From positions 96,001-160,000 of the forward strand of contig CBDAOY010000005.1 in the NCBI GenBank assembly GCA_965198225.1: 64,000 nt of DNA. The letters run 5' to 3'. The stretch's first letter is position 1. Each line of letters starts with the position of its first letter. The stretch is from Terriglobia bacterium. Lineage in GTDB: Bacteria; Acidobacteriota; Terriglobia; 20CM-2-55-15. A model generated the notes under the pieces. It was not told where the DNA came from, searched no databases, and worked only from the letters and a program-made list of their open reading frames with translations. Below, one piece after another: positions 1 to 9,673 of the stretch. Both the position numbers and the translations under genes were made by a program.

Positions 1-1398
1 GCCTCCGGACGCCAACATCGCGTTCATGAGAAACCGCGCTATCCGACCATTTCCGTCGGGGTAGGGATGGATGTAACCGAGCAACCAATGGCCGAGCACC
101 GCGGAGACTCCCGGCTCGGTCTCCTTGTCCAGAAGATCGAACAGAGCCGCCATGGCGTCACCCACCGCTTCCCAGCGCGGTGGGACATGTCGCGAGCGTT
201 GTACGTAGACAGGATGGATGCGGTAGCCGGCCAGAGCCGACGGTTCCAGCAGACCGGCCGCTACGCTGGGCTGAAACAGGTGGCGGTACCAATCTTGATG
301 CACGCCACGGACCAGGGCAGCGGGATCTCGACCACCGATGATCTCGGAGATTGCGTTCCTGACCAGTTGGAACGCATCCCAGTACCCGCGGGCCGCCAGC
401 GCGTCGCGGTTCTTACGGTCCGCAGCGTCCGCCTCCGGGTTCCAGTCGCCCGACCGGACTCTCTCGATCAACTCTGCCGATACCTGGTAGCCTTCGATAG
501 ACAAGGAGTGGTAGGCGTCACTCTCATACAGCTCATCGATGACTCGCACGTAGGCCGTCCTGTCCTCAGGAAGACCGGGCGGTGGGGGAAACACCTCAAC
601 GACGACGTTTCGCCTTGCGTACCAAAGCGCCTCGATTCGCCCAACGATCGGAGTGCGGGGCTGGCTCAGGATCCCGAACGTCTGGTTGCCCGCGAAAGGA
701 TCGGTCTCGCGCACATCGTAGCCGGCGCCTTTCATGGTTGTGAGGATCTCGTCGGCGATCCCGGGACGGCCAATGCGACGGAACGAACCGGCCAACCGAC
801 CCGCAACGACCGTGTGCCCCCCATCGAGAAGCCGGCCGAGAACGTCCGAGGCGTGAGAAACGGTCGAAAGCGCGATCTGGGCTTCGGCAGGGTGGCGAGT
901 GAAGAAGGACTCCGGCACCCGAATCAACGCGGCCTCGGGAGGACAGAGCCGAAGCCCATCCCTCACGACCACGTCGCGGACCGACATCGCTTCGGCCTTC
1001 TTCACGTCAAAAAGGGACGTACCGAACGGCAGGTGAATCGCGTTGTTGGTTCCCCTGGGGCTGTGGATGATCGCCTGGGCCGGAACAACGGTGTTCTCCG
1101 CGGCGTGAAGCAGCGACTGCTCGGGTGACAGGCGCCAATCCTGATCGAAGCGGTAGTTACAGTACGCTGAACAGAACTCCCAGAACGACGCGTACCAGGG
1201 AGTGCTGTCACCTTCGCTCACGTCCGGGCCGGAAGACATGACCCACCCTTTGATGACCTCCCGTAGAAAGCCGTTCTGGAGCAGCCGCTCGCGGTGGACG
1301 CGGGTCAACTCTTTGGACCGGAAAACGCGCCGTCCATCCGCCTGGAGTTTCTGCAGCGCGCTCAAGGAGGCTGCGAGTTTTTCCTTCGGTGTCGCCAT
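1..1398 (-). CDS. Fic family protein (3' end runs off window)
   Basis: Not in the ORF track. Translation from ATG 1398 gives MATPKEKLAASLSALQKLQADGRRVF...; the Fic motif HPYPDGNGRIAR is in the same frame near nt 34-69. Confidence 0.85.
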   Translation of the reverse strand, partial: MATPKEKLAASLSALQKLQADGRRVFRSKELTRVHRERLLQNGFLREVIKGWVMSSGPDVSEGDSTPWYASFWEFCSAYCNYRFDQDWRLSPEQSLLHAAENTVVPAQAIIHSPRGTNNAIHLPFGTSLFDVKKAEAMSVRDVVVRDGLRLCPPEAALIRVPESFFTRHPAEAQIALSTVSHASDVLGRLLDGGHTVVAGRLAGSFRRIGRPGIADEILTTMKGAGYDVRETDPFAGNQTFGILSQPRTPIVGRIEALWYARRNVVVEVFPPPPGLPEDRTAYVRVIDELYESDAYHSLSIEGYQVSAELIERVRSGDWNPEADAADRKNRDALAARGYWDAFQLVRNAISEIIGGRDPAALVRGVHQDWYRHLFQPSVAAGLLEPSALAGYRIHPVYVQRSRHVPPRWEAVGDAMAALFDLLDKETEPGVSAVLGHWLLGYIHPYPDGNGRIARFLMNAMLASGG

Positions 1399-1444
1399 GT
1401 CACTTTCGCCGCTTGGTACCGCTCCACCCTAGCCCGGGCAATCA

Positions 1445-1529
1445 CAAGTGAATTCTGAAGCAGATATGCAAGTATATTATGCTGTATCTGTGTAAGTATA
1501 TTCTGTTCTTCAATCGCAAGTGTATTATG
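1445..1529. promoter_or_regulatory. Four 13-bp direct repeats with exact 24-bp period upstream of the Fic gene
   Basis: caagtgaattctg 1445, caagtatattatg 1469, taagtatattctg 1493, caagtgtattatg 1517. Confidence 0.6.
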
Positions 1530-1576
1530 TTTGGAGGAACATAGCCTTTCACCATCACCGGAATACACTTCTATCC

Positions 1577-1782
1577 ATGGCAGATCAGCCGATCACCGTC
1601 ACGTTGAGCACCGAACAGATTGCCAGGCTTAAGGAGTTGGCGACCCGCTACGGTGTCCCGATTGAGGAGCTCGCGCGTGCCGGGATTGAGGATTTTTGCT
1701 TGCCCGTCCTGACGACGCATTCGACAAAGCAGCTGAGAAGGTGCTGCAGAAGAATGCGGAGCTGTATCGCCGTTTTTCTTGA
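1577..1782 (+). pseudogene. Ribbon-helix-helix antitoxin-like protein, 1-nt frameshift
   Basis: MADQPITVTLSTEQIARLKELA...EDF, then after a shift in the T-run at ~1695 LLARPDDAFDKAAEKVLQKNAELYRRFS*; this C-terminus is typical of Doc-associated antitoxins. Confidence 0.65.
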
Positions 1783-1817
1783 ATCCCGGTAGACTGGCTT
1801 CAAGGCCGGAGGTTCTT

Positions 1818-2114
1818 TTGAAGAACGGGCGTGACGATATCCTGAAGCTCTTGGAAGACAACCGAGACGCTATCAGTGCGTTCGGCGTTAAGAGCCTCGC
1901 TTTGTTCGGCTCCGCTGCCCGCGGGGATGCCGAGACCCACGATCTGGACTTCCTGGTTGAGTTTGAGAGCAAGACCTTCGACGCCTACATGGACCTGAAG
2001 ACCTTTCTGGAGCGTCTCTTTGACAGGCCTGTCGACCTGGTCCTGCGTGATGGGATCAAACCGCGCCTGCGGTCCAAGATCCTCAGTGAAGCCGTAGATG
2101 TCCCGGGACTTTAG
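1818..2114 (+). CDS. mntA: Minimal nucleotidyltransferase (MNT) antitoxin
   Basis: LFGSAARG...DLDFLVEF...VDLV motif; GGAGG before TTG 1818; overlaps a HEPN gene. Confidence 0.85.
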   Translation: MKNGRDDILKLLEDNRDAISAFGVKSLALFGSAARGDAETHDLDFLVEFESKTFDAYMDLKTFLERLFDRPVDLVLRDGIKPRLRSKILSEAVDVPGL

Positions 2115-2432
2115 GGTTTTCCTCGAGGACATCCTCGATGCGGTTCAGAGGATCCGCGAATACACTTCTGGAATTTCTTCGAGTCAATTCTCAGCCGACA
2201 GTAAGACGTTTGATGCCGTTATCCGAAACCTGGAGATAATCGGGGAAGCAACCAAGAATGTGCGCAGGCTGTCCGAGACAAGAATCCACGAGTCGAATGG
2301 ACGAAGATGGCCGGACTTAGAGACATTCTGATCCACGCGTACTTTGGTGTCGACTCGGAGATCGTCTGGGACATAGTCGAGAACAAACTGCCGACGCTGG
2401 AGGTCGAGGTTCGCCGCATCCTCTCAGAATAA
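2098..2432 (+). pseudogene. hepT: HEPN/DUF86 (HepT) toxin, frameshift at ~2262
   Basis: FDAVIRNLEIIGEATKN, then in the shifted frame WTKMAGLRDILIHAYFGVDSEIVW (RX4HXY motif). Confidence 0.8.
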
Positions 2433-2653
2433 GCCCCTCTCCTGTGTCGGCGGTCTATGCACTGTGCCATCAGTTTCCTTAGTTGCGCGCACAATTTATA
2501 CGCTATTAAGGCACTTTTTCGCGCAATCAAAAAATCTACGCGCAAGTATGGGTCTTACGCGCAACCTGGAGTTCAAACGACTGGCAGGCATGGCCCGCCC
2601 CATTTGGTATCGGATGTGATCAGACATGCACTACTATGGACATCGGAACACCA

Positions 2654-2842
2654 ATGAAAACGCCAAAAGACGAAGTCCGGGAACTTCTGGACACACTAGC
2701 CGATGATGCTTCGCTGGAAGACATCCAATACCACGTATACGTTCGTCAGAAGATCGAGAAAGGCCTCGAAGCCGCCGATGCAGGACAGGTGATCTCTCAA
2801 GAAGAGGTCGAGAAGCGGATGGCTCGATGGCTCGAGAAGTAG
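2654..2842 (+). CDS. Small antitoxin-like protein with no toxin downstream
   Basis: KDEVRELLDTLADDASLEDIQYHVYVRQKIEKGLEAADAGQVISQEEV resembles ParE-associated antitoxins. Confidence 0.65.
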   Translation: MKTPKDEVRELLDTLADDASLEDIQYHVYVRQKIEKGLEAADAGQVISQEEVEKRMARWLEK

Positions 2843-2854
2843 TCTTCTGCTAGC

Positions 2855-3151
2855 ATGAACTCTATGTCGACAAGTGAAGACGGCATTCAGGTTTCTTTCA
2901 CCACCCATATCTTCAAAGAGGGCGACGCCTACGTCGCCCACGTGCCCGAGTTGGACGTGTCCAGTTGTGGCGCCAGCCCTGACGAGGCACGCAGGAACAT
3001 CCAAGACGCGGTTCGAGGCTTTCTCGAAACCTGTGAAGAGAAAGGTGATCTGAACGAAATCCTGGAGGAAACCGGATATCACTTCGAAGCCGGCGTGTGG
3101 CGCGCTCCCGAGTTTGTCTCACTCGATCACGAAACGCTCACGCTCCATTAA
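2855..3151 (+). CDS. hicB: HicB family antitoxin
   Basis: YVAHVPELDVSSCGASPDEARRNIQDAV. Confidence 0.75.
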   Translation: MNSMSTSEDGIQVSFTTHIFKEGDAYVAHVPELDVSSCGASPDEARRNIQDAVRGFLETCEEKGDLNEILEETGYHFEAGVWRAPEFVSLDHETLTLH

Positions 3152-3230
3152 TGCCTCCCATTCGTCCGGTCCATTACCGGAAGCTTGTTGCAGTCTTCGA
3201 AGCTGAAGGATTCGCTTTCGATCGTCGATT
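3151..3230 (+). pseudogene. Truncated HicA toxin N-terminus
   Basis: MPPIRPVHYRKLVAVFEAEGFAFDR coupled (TAATG) to hicB; homology ends before the GSH motif. Confidence 0.55.
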
Positions 3231-3286
3231 CCGAGTTAGCTGGACACTGGCAGACCGGGGCGAGGTGAGGCAGAATAGAGGGAACC

Positions 3287-3481
3287 ATGAAGTACAAAGT
3301 CGTACTCAAACAGTCTGAAGAGGGCTTTAGCGTGAGCTGCCCCGGTTTAGCGGGGTGCTGGTCTCAAGGTACGACGGAAGAGGAAGCGCTCGAGAACATT
3401 ACAGCGATCCATGAATACCTGGACGCTGTAAACGAGCTCTCCAAGGGAGAAGAAACCCGAGAAGTCGAAGTCACGATCTAG
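3287..3481 (+). CDS. hicB: HicB family antitoxin
   Basis: MKYKVVLKQSEEGFSVSCPGLAGCWSQGTTEEEALENI; followed only by a VPRLPG stub resembling a HicA start. Confidence 0.8.
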   Translation: MKYKVVLKQSEEGFSVSCPGLAGCWSQGTTEEEALENITAIHEYLDAVNELSKGEETREVEVTI

Positions 3482-3610
3482 CTGTGCCAAGGCTTCCCGG
3501 ATGTGAAACGAGCCCTTGTACGCAATTCGTGGCATCGAGACCCGATGGCAGGCGTCGGTCTTGACTCACCCATCGACAGTCGATCACCATCGACAAGCCC
3601 CGAATCAACC

Positions 3611-3931
3611 CTATTCGCCAACCCTATAAACCTCGCCCGGCTTGACCTCGGGTATCATGTCGAGAACCTCCGATACTAACGGCAGGAGTGCCTCGAGCTT
3701 GTTACGGTGAGCGATGAGCACGATTACTGCGATATCAAAACGCGAAAGGCTCTGTTGGTAGCTTAAGCGCCGATCCGTGGTGACCAGGACGTCGAACTCG
3801 ACAGACGCGGCGGCGAGGAGATCGCCGTTCGTGTAGGATGCCCAACCCATTTCGGGAGAGGTCCGGACGTGGTGGTCGGGGAGTTGATGAAGAAAGCGCC
3901 GCGGGACGCATTCATCCAGCAGAATCCGCAT
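3611..3931 (-). CDS. DUF5615 PIN-like toxin
   Basis: MRILLDECVP...NGDLL...FDVLVTTDR. Confidence 0.8.
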   Translation of the reverse strand: MRILLDECVPRRFLHQLPDHHVRTSPEMGWASYTNGDLLAAASVEFDVLVTTDRRLSYQQSLSRFDIAVIVLIAHRNKLEALLPLVSEVLDMIPEVKPGEVYRVGE

Positions 3932-4139
3932 GCGAGAACACCGATTCCTTCGCCAACTCCAGAACCGCGATTGCGTGCTCGCGGCTCACCGTCGGAAAGT
4001 CCTCCAGGAAGTGATCAAGGGTATCCCCTTCTTCCAGGTAGTCGAGCAGGGTCTGCACGGGCACTCGTGTCCCGGCAAACACAACGGCTCCACTGAGGAC
4101 TTCATCCGAGCGAGTGACGAGTGGTTCAGGCACGGGCAT
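3912..4139 (-). CDS. DUF433 antitoxin
   Basis: VLSGAVVFAGTRVPVQTLLDYLEEGDTLDHFLEDFPTVS; start taken at ATG 4139. Confidence 0.85.
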   Translation of the reverse strand: MPVPEPLVTRSDEVLSGAVVFAGTRVPVQTLLDYLEEGDTLDHFLEDFPTVSREHAIAVLELAKESVFSHADSAG

Positions 4140-4337
4140 TTGGTCTATAAGGATACTCCAACAAGCGATTTTGCGGAATGTATCGGGGGCGTTCAGCTGG
4201 CGCCCGTGGACTGAAGGCTCACCAACCGGTTCTTCGATCCCCTGGGACGAAAACGTATAACCTCGAAAATCGAATTTCTGGTTGGCGTAAATTCCCTCGC
4301 CGATCGTCATCCTTGCGGTAGACAATCTTCGTTCCAA

Positions 4338-5255
4338 TCAATCTGCCGATCTTCCGGCCGCAATTGCAGTGGCGATGTCCTCGGCTGAGCCTTTAGACAC
4401 GACTCGGTACTCGACAAGTTTCCGGGCCTTCACCCGGCCCCTGACCAGCGTGTCGCAGAAGACCAGGTCCGCCGCCGTGAGGTCCTTGTTCTCCCCTTCG
4501 CCGAGGCAATACGTCTCCAGGGAGTGGCGCTTGCCGATGTGTGGCGCCAGTACACCTCTTGCCGTCTCCAGGAAGTACGGACTGATCGAAACGACCGCAA
4601 CGAGCGCCGGCTTCTTCATGGCCCTCACCATGCTTACCAGTTCGTCGGCTCCGCACGCCTCGAGGGGAAGAATCGCCCGACCGGTCACCATCAGCGGGGC
4701 AAGTTCCGGCACGACTCCGGGCAGGCAGGTGACCAGTGCACCGATGGCCGACCCGCGGTTCGCGGAGAACTCTGCCAGAAGGCACGTTTCGACTGCAAAC
4801 GGCGCGGATTCCGTCAGCTCCGCCCTGAGCAACTTCCCCATTTCGACCGTCTTACTGACCACCAGGACATGGTCCGGGGGCTCGACGAGCAGGCGGTAGC
4901 GGACCCTGTCCTCCAGTTGCTTCAGGCTGTAACCCTTCTCGCGCGCCGACCGGATTGTCGCGTTGATCAAGTCGTCAAGACCCTCCTCGCGGGGGATAAG
5001 AGGTTCCTCGAGGGACCGGACCTCCAAACGTCTGCCCCGGTGTCGCTTGAGCCAATGTCTGTCCACAAGCTCGCCATAGGCCTGGCTGACCGTGTTCGCA
5101 TGAATGTCGTGACGCCGGGCCAACTCCCGCACGCTCGGTAGCTGGTCTCCCGAACGGAGCCGGCCGGTGGCGATGAGAAAAAGGATTTGATCGGTGATCT
5201 GTTGTCGTATCGAGACGTCGCTGTCCCGGTCGATCGAAATGTCGCCTGGTCGCAT
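4338..5255 (-). CDS. GntR (YtrA-like) transcriptional regulator with extended C-terminal domain
   Basis: IRQQITDQILFLIATGRLRSGDQLPSVRELARRHDIHANTVSQAY. Confidence 0.85.
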   Translation of the reverse strand: MRPGDISIDRDSDVSIRQQITDQILFLIATGRLRSGDQLPSVRELARRHDIHANTVSQAYGELVDRHWLKRHRGRRLEVRSLEEPLIPREEGLDDLINATIRSAREKGYSLKQLEDRVRYRLLVEPPDHVLVVSKTVEMGKLLRAELTESAPFAVETCLLAEFSANRGSAIGALVTCLPGVVPELAPLMVTGRAILPLEACGADELVSMVRAMKKPALVAVVSISPYFLETARGVLAPHIGKRHSLETYCLGEGENKDLTAADLVFCDTLVRGRVKARKLVEYRVVSKGSAEDIATAIAAGRSAD

Positions 5256-5380
5256 ACGGATCCTCAGGTAGGGGAACAACCCGATTCTACCCAGACTGCC
5301 GCTTGTGACACTCGAAAAACCGTCACGTCCGAACCCAGCGCCCGGCTCGCTGACGGCTAGGTTGGTGTCGAGGCGAACCA

Positions 5381-5986
5381 ATGACGATTCTCTTTCAGAC
5401 CATCGCAGCAGTCCTGCTTGTCATGTTCGTGGGTTATGGCATGGACATTCGCAGGAAACTCGGAGCGAGGAACTTCGTGCCGGCCGGCTGGCAGGTGCTG
5501 ATGAAAATCAGTTCCTTCTCACTCATCGGCGCCTTCGTCGGGATCACGCTGACGATTCACGAGGTGAATGCCACCGACTGGCTGGGCTTGGTCGCGATGG
5601 CCAGCGGAACCGCATGCGTCGCCGCTGCGAAGCGAGCCCTGGGACGGGCGCACACGTTCACCGGCGAGTACCTCGAAAAGCCGACGCTCGTGACCCGGGG
5701 CATCTATCGCTTCAGCCGGAACCCTCTTTATCTCGGTGTTTTTCAGTGCGAGATCGGCGCCGCCCTGGTCGTCGTGAGCCGGGCGTCTGTCGTTTGGCCC
5801 GGGACACAAGCGTACTGGCTCGCCGGACTCGCGGCGACACTGCTCTACGCAGTTGCGTTCAACCTGAGCATGGCATTTCGGGAAGCACAGTATCTCGGTC
5901 GGTATTTCGGCGAGGACTACCGCCGGTACTCGAAAGCGGTGCCCTTTCTCATCCCGTCGATTCGATCGCGGAAGGAGGCAGCATGA
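5381..5986 (+). CDS. ICMT/PEMT-family membrane methyltransferase
   Basis: Multiple TM segments; LVTRGIYRFSRNPLYLG and EAQYL..YFGEDYRRY..VP motifs. Confidence 0.8.
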   Translation: MTILFQTIAAVLLVMFVGYGMDIRRKLGARNFVPAGWQVLMKISSFSLIGAFVGITLTIHEVNATDWLGLVAMASGTACVAAAKRALGRAHTFTGEYLEKPTLVTRGIYRFSRNPLYLGVFQCEIGAALVVVSRASVVWPGTQAYWLAGLAATLLYAVAFNLSMAFREAQYLGRYFGEDYRRYSKAVPFLIPSIRSRKEAA

Positions 5987-8196
5987 GTGCCACTTTGACG
6001 ACGCTGGAACGGAGGTCTTTTCGCCTCCAAACCGAAGACGCCCCTGCTGCAGGCACCTGGTACGGCGAGGACCCGGCAACGACCCATCTTCTGAACGCCT
6101 ACACCATCCTGGTGCCAGACGGAGAGCGTTTCATCATTCGTACGTGCAGTCGCTACCTCGACCGGGTCTCCCCGGAGCTGAAAGACGAGTTGGAACGGCT
6201 GTTCTTTCAGGAAGGGTCCCATTCCCGCGAACATGGGCGTCTCGTCCGGAAAATGGAGGACGACGGCCTGGGAATGAACCTGTTCAACCGGCTTGTTCGA
6301 TGGCTGTTGTACGGACTCCTGGAGAGCCTGACGCCGCTCCGCCTGCGGTTGGCAACAGCCGCTGCGATCGAACACCACAACGCTACGATCGCCACGTTCT
6401 TTCTCAATCAGGCCCTGCTCAAAGACATCCGCAGAATCGAACTGCGGCGGCTCTTCCTCTGGCACTTTGCCGAGGAGATCGAGCACAAGGAAACCGTCTT
6501 CAAGCTTCTCGAGAGCGTTTCACGGTCATGGACCCTGAGAGCGCTCGGCCTCTTCGTCAGTTGCGTCACGTTCCTGGCCTATCTGGTTGTGGGAGCGCTA
6601 CTGCTCGGCCTGAAGACGGGCTCCGCGTTCACGGTCGGTTTCTGGAAGCCGGTCCTTCCGTCGCACAAAAGGCGCGGCTTGTTCGCGTTCCTGGGTGTGG
6701 AATCCTGGCGCTACCTCGACCCCCGTTTCCGTCCGTCGGTTAGCGAAGCCCAACCGCTGCTCTCGTCCGCCCTTACTGAGCTGGAACGCCTGGATATCGA
6801 TAGAACCCGGCGCACGGGTTCCACGGAGTCGCGCGATCTGCCAGAGGCATTCCGGAGAAAGATGAAGCGCACACTGGATCGATTCGGCAAGTTGAGGCGC
6901 ACAGCAGACTTTTTCTTCAGCCCTGTCGAAGGATATGAGGGAACACGGGTGCGGAGCCGGGGAGCGAGAAAACTCAACTTCTGCACGTACTCCTACCTTG
7001 GACTGCTGCATCACGAGCGTGTCGACGCCGCGGCCATGGGGGCCCTGGAACGGTACGGCACCGGAACGCACGGAGTTCGGCTTCTGGGAGGGAACCTGCA
7101 AATTCATGAGCAACTGGAGTCGAAGCTCGCGAACTTTCTCGGTAGAGAGGCCGCAATCACATTCAGCTCTGGATTCACCACCAACCTGGCCGTGATCGGC
7201 ACTCTCGTCGGAAAGGGCGACTATGTGCTTTCCGACGTACACAATCACGCCAGCATCGTGGACGGCTGCAGGTCGAGCCGATCCGAGACGGTAACGTTCC
7301 GGCACAATGACGTCGGGGACCTCGACCGCAAGCTCGGGAGTCTGCCGAGGGCTGCACGGAAGCTGATCGTCGTCGACGCGGTCTTCAGCATGGACGGTGA
7401 CATCGCGCCACTGGCCGAGCTGCTTGAAATCCGGGACCGGCACGCGAACACGATTCTCATGGTGGACGAGGCTCACAGCCTGGGTGTGCTGGGCCGCGGG
7501 GGAAGAGGGATCGAGGAGCACTTCGATTGCAAGGGGCAGGTCGATGTCCTGATGGGGACCCTCAGCAAGGCGATCCCGTGTCAGGGCGGCTATGTCGTGG
7601 GCTCCAGGGAGCTCGTCACTTTCTTCCGCTACAACGCCCGTGGATTCATCTTCAGCGCGGCATTATCTCCGGTCACGGCGGCGGCGGCGCTGGCCGCGCT
7701 GGAGGTCCTCGAAGACGAAGGCGAAGAGCGCTGCGGTCGACTGATGACGAACGCGCGCTACTTCACCCGCCGACTGGTGGAGGCAGGCTTCGACATCGGG
7801 AACACCCAGACCGCGATCGTCCCGATCCTGCTCGGAGGCGAGTCCCTGGCGTTTGAAATGGCCCGGCTCTCGAATGAGGAGGCCCTGTACGTTCTGCCCG
7901 TGACCTACCCGGCCGTTCCGCACGGGGAGGCACGTCTGCGGACGAGCGTCACGAGCGAACACTGCCAGGAAGATCTGGACCGCGCAGTGCGGACGTTGTC
8001 TCGACGTTTGCCGAGAGGATCCAATTTTATTGGACGAAGAAAGAATGTGGACGCACCCGGGGGCTATCGCAACGGCTGGCTGAGTTGCGGAACCCGTCGA
8101 GTGCGGGTCGGAGCCGGGTCTTGCCGTGTGCCAAGCGGAGCGCGGGTAGCTGCCCGAGAGGCTATCAATGAAGGCATGGCTAAACGAACGGCTTAG
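5983..8196 (+). CDS. Fusion of 'metal-dependent hydrolase' (ferritin-like) domain with PLP-dependent alpha-oxoamine synthase (AONS/SPT/KBL family)
   Basis: GGAGG RBS and ATGA overlap at 5983. N-half: PDGERFII, QEGSHSREH, AIEH, WHFAEEIEHK. C-half: NFCTYSYLGL, NHASIVDG, DAVFSMDGD, DEAHSLG, GTLSKA. Confidence 0.8.
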   Translation: MSATLTTLERRSFRLQTEDAPAAGTWYGEDPATTHLLNAYTILVPDGERFIIRTCSRYLDRVSPELKDELERLFFQEGSHSREHGRLVRKMEDDGLGMNLFNRLVRWLLYGLLESLTPLRLRLATAAAIEHHNATIATFFLNQALLKDIRRIELRRLFLWHFAEEIEHKETVFKLLESVSRSWTLRALGLFVSCVTFLAYLVVGALLLGLKTGSAFTVGFWKPVLPSHKRRGLFAFLGVESWRYLDPRFRPSVSEAQPLLSSALTELERLDIDRTRRTGSTESRDLPEAFRRKMKRTLDRFGKLRRTADFFFSPVEGYEGTRVRSRGARKLNFCTYSYLGLLHHERVDAAAMGALERYGTGTHGVRLLGGNLQIHEQLESKLANFLGREAAITFSSGFTTNLAVIGTLVGKGDYVLSDVHNHASIVDGCRSSRSETVTFRHNDVGDLDRKLGSLPRAARKLIVVDAVFSMDGDIAPLAELLEIRDRHANTILMVDEAHSLGVLGRGGRGIEEHFDCKGQVDVLMGTLSKAIPCQGGYVVGSRELVTFFRYNARGFIFSAALSPVTAAAALAALEVLEDEGEERCGRLMTNARYFTRRLVEAGFDIGNTQTAIVPILLGGESLAFEMARLSNEEALYVLPVTYPAVPHGEARLRTSVTSEHCQEDLDRAVRTLSRRLPRGSNFIGRRKNVDAPGGYRNGWLSCGTRRVRVGAGSCRVPSGARVAAREAINEGMAKRTA

Positions 8197-8624
8197 CGCT
8201 ACCACGTCTGGATCAGGATCGCGTCCATGTCATCCTCTAGCCTGGTATCGTCGGCGGACGCGGGCCGGTAAGGGCATTACTGCCGGAAGGTCATCGAAAA
8301 GATACTTAGAATGAAGCTGGCAAGAATCATGGCGACGTTTGCCAGGATTGGTGTGCTGGCCCTCGTCGGAGTGTGGTTCACCGTCACGCAACCTGTCGCC
8401 GGCTCCTCAACCATCGGTGAAATTCCCGCTGTCAACGCTGAACGTCTACAGACATGGAAATGATCGGCTATTTTAGCGATGACGAAGGTAGCCAAGGGTA
8501 TCCGTTGGGCCTGCTGCGTCTTTTCTATATGGGTGAAAAACCGAGCGTGTCGGGGGTGTTCAGCTGGCACCAGTGGCCTGAAGGGTCGGGATCGCTGTCC
8601 GGCGCGAGACCGACCCAACCAACG

Positions 8625-9620
8625 TCACTCCTGCGCCGGAACCGACTTCACGCTCAGCAGATACGACAGATCCAGATTCTGTAAACAACGGTGGATCGCC
8701 TTCGGGTGCAGTCCCAGAAGCCGAGCGGCTTCCTTGTAATCCCCGTTGCTGCGGGAAAAGGCCGCTTCGAAGAGCCGGCGTTTGGTTTCGTAGATCGCGT
8801 CGTGATACTTCAGCGGTTCCGCCCTGGTGGTTTCCGGGATGTCGTCGGGCAGATCTTCCGCAAGAATGTGGTCGGCCGAGCCGAGGACGACGGCGTATTC
8901 GATCGCGTTCCGAAGCTCCCGCACGTTGCCCGGCCAGTCATAGTTGCCGAGGATCGCCTGAGCTTCGGGAGAAATGCCGCGGACAACGCGTCCCGCTTCC
9001 CTCGCGCACTTGAACACAAAGTGCCGGGCCAGAGCTGGAATGTCGTCACGCCGCTCGGCGAGGGTCGGTGTCCGCACGGAAAGAACCTTCAGGCGGTAGT
9101 AGAGATCCTGCCGGAACCGGCCGGCCGCGACCGCGGATTCGAGGTTGCGGTTCGTCGCTGCGATCAAGCGGATGTCGACCGGGATCGGGCTTCCGCCGCC
9201 GATCCTGTCGATTTCACGCTCCTCGAGCGCACGCAGCAGCTTGGCCTGGATGGCCGATCCCAGCTCTCCGACCTCGTCCAGGAACAACGTGCCGCCGCTG
9301 GCCAGCTCGAACTTTCCCTTCTGACGGGCGACGGCTCCGGTGAACGCGCCCTTTTCGTGACCGAAGAGCTCGCTTTCCAGGAGAGCTTCCGACAGCGCGG
9401 CGCAGTTGACGGCAACGAAAGGGCCGCCGGGGCGCTGGCTGTTCCGGTGCAGCGCGCGGGCGACGCGCTCTTTTCCGGTGCCGCTTGCGCCCTGGATCAG
9501 GACCGTGGCGGGAGTCGGCGCCGCCTTGCGGATGAACCGGAGCAGCTCGAGCATCGGGGCGCTTTCGCCCACAAGACCGTTGCGAGCGTCGAGTTCGGGA
9601 TTCGTTCGGGCCGTCATCAT
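8625..9620 (-). CDS. Sigma-54-dependent activator (AAA+ and HTH, no sensory domain)
   Basis: [39 protein letters not shown]. Confidence 0.9.
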   Translation of the reverse strand: MMTARTNPELDARNGLVGESAPMLELLRFIRKAAPTPATVLIQGASGTGKERVARALHRNSQRPGGPFVAVNCAALSEALLESELFGHEKGAFTGAVARQKGKFELASGGTLFLDEVGELGSAIQAKLLRALEEREIDRIGGGSPIPVDIRLIAATNRNLESAVAAGRFRQDLYYRLKVLSVRTPTLAERRDDIPALARHFVFKCAREAGRVVRGISPEAQAILGNYDWPGNVRELRNAIEYAVVLGSADHILAEDLPDDIPETTRAEPLKYHDAIYETKRRLFEAAFSRSNGDYKEAARLLGLHPKAIHRCLQNLDLSYLLSVKSVPAQE

Positions 9621-9673
9621 CTATATACGCGCTTTACGCGATCTGGCCGCGTCGGTCTTCATACCGCCCCTCC

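Noticed and set aside
67-1128. 353-aa plus-strand ORF
   Set aside because: Antisense shadow of the minus-strand Fic gene, which carries the real motif.
1505-1535. gtgtattatgtt as a Xer dif/pdif site
   Set aside because: XerC arm absent and XerD arm incomplete; better explained as one of the 24-bp-phased repeats.
5305-5982. N-terminal extension of the 963-aa ORF
   Set aside because: Overlaps the methyltransferase in another frame; RBS and ATGA coupling place the start at 5983.
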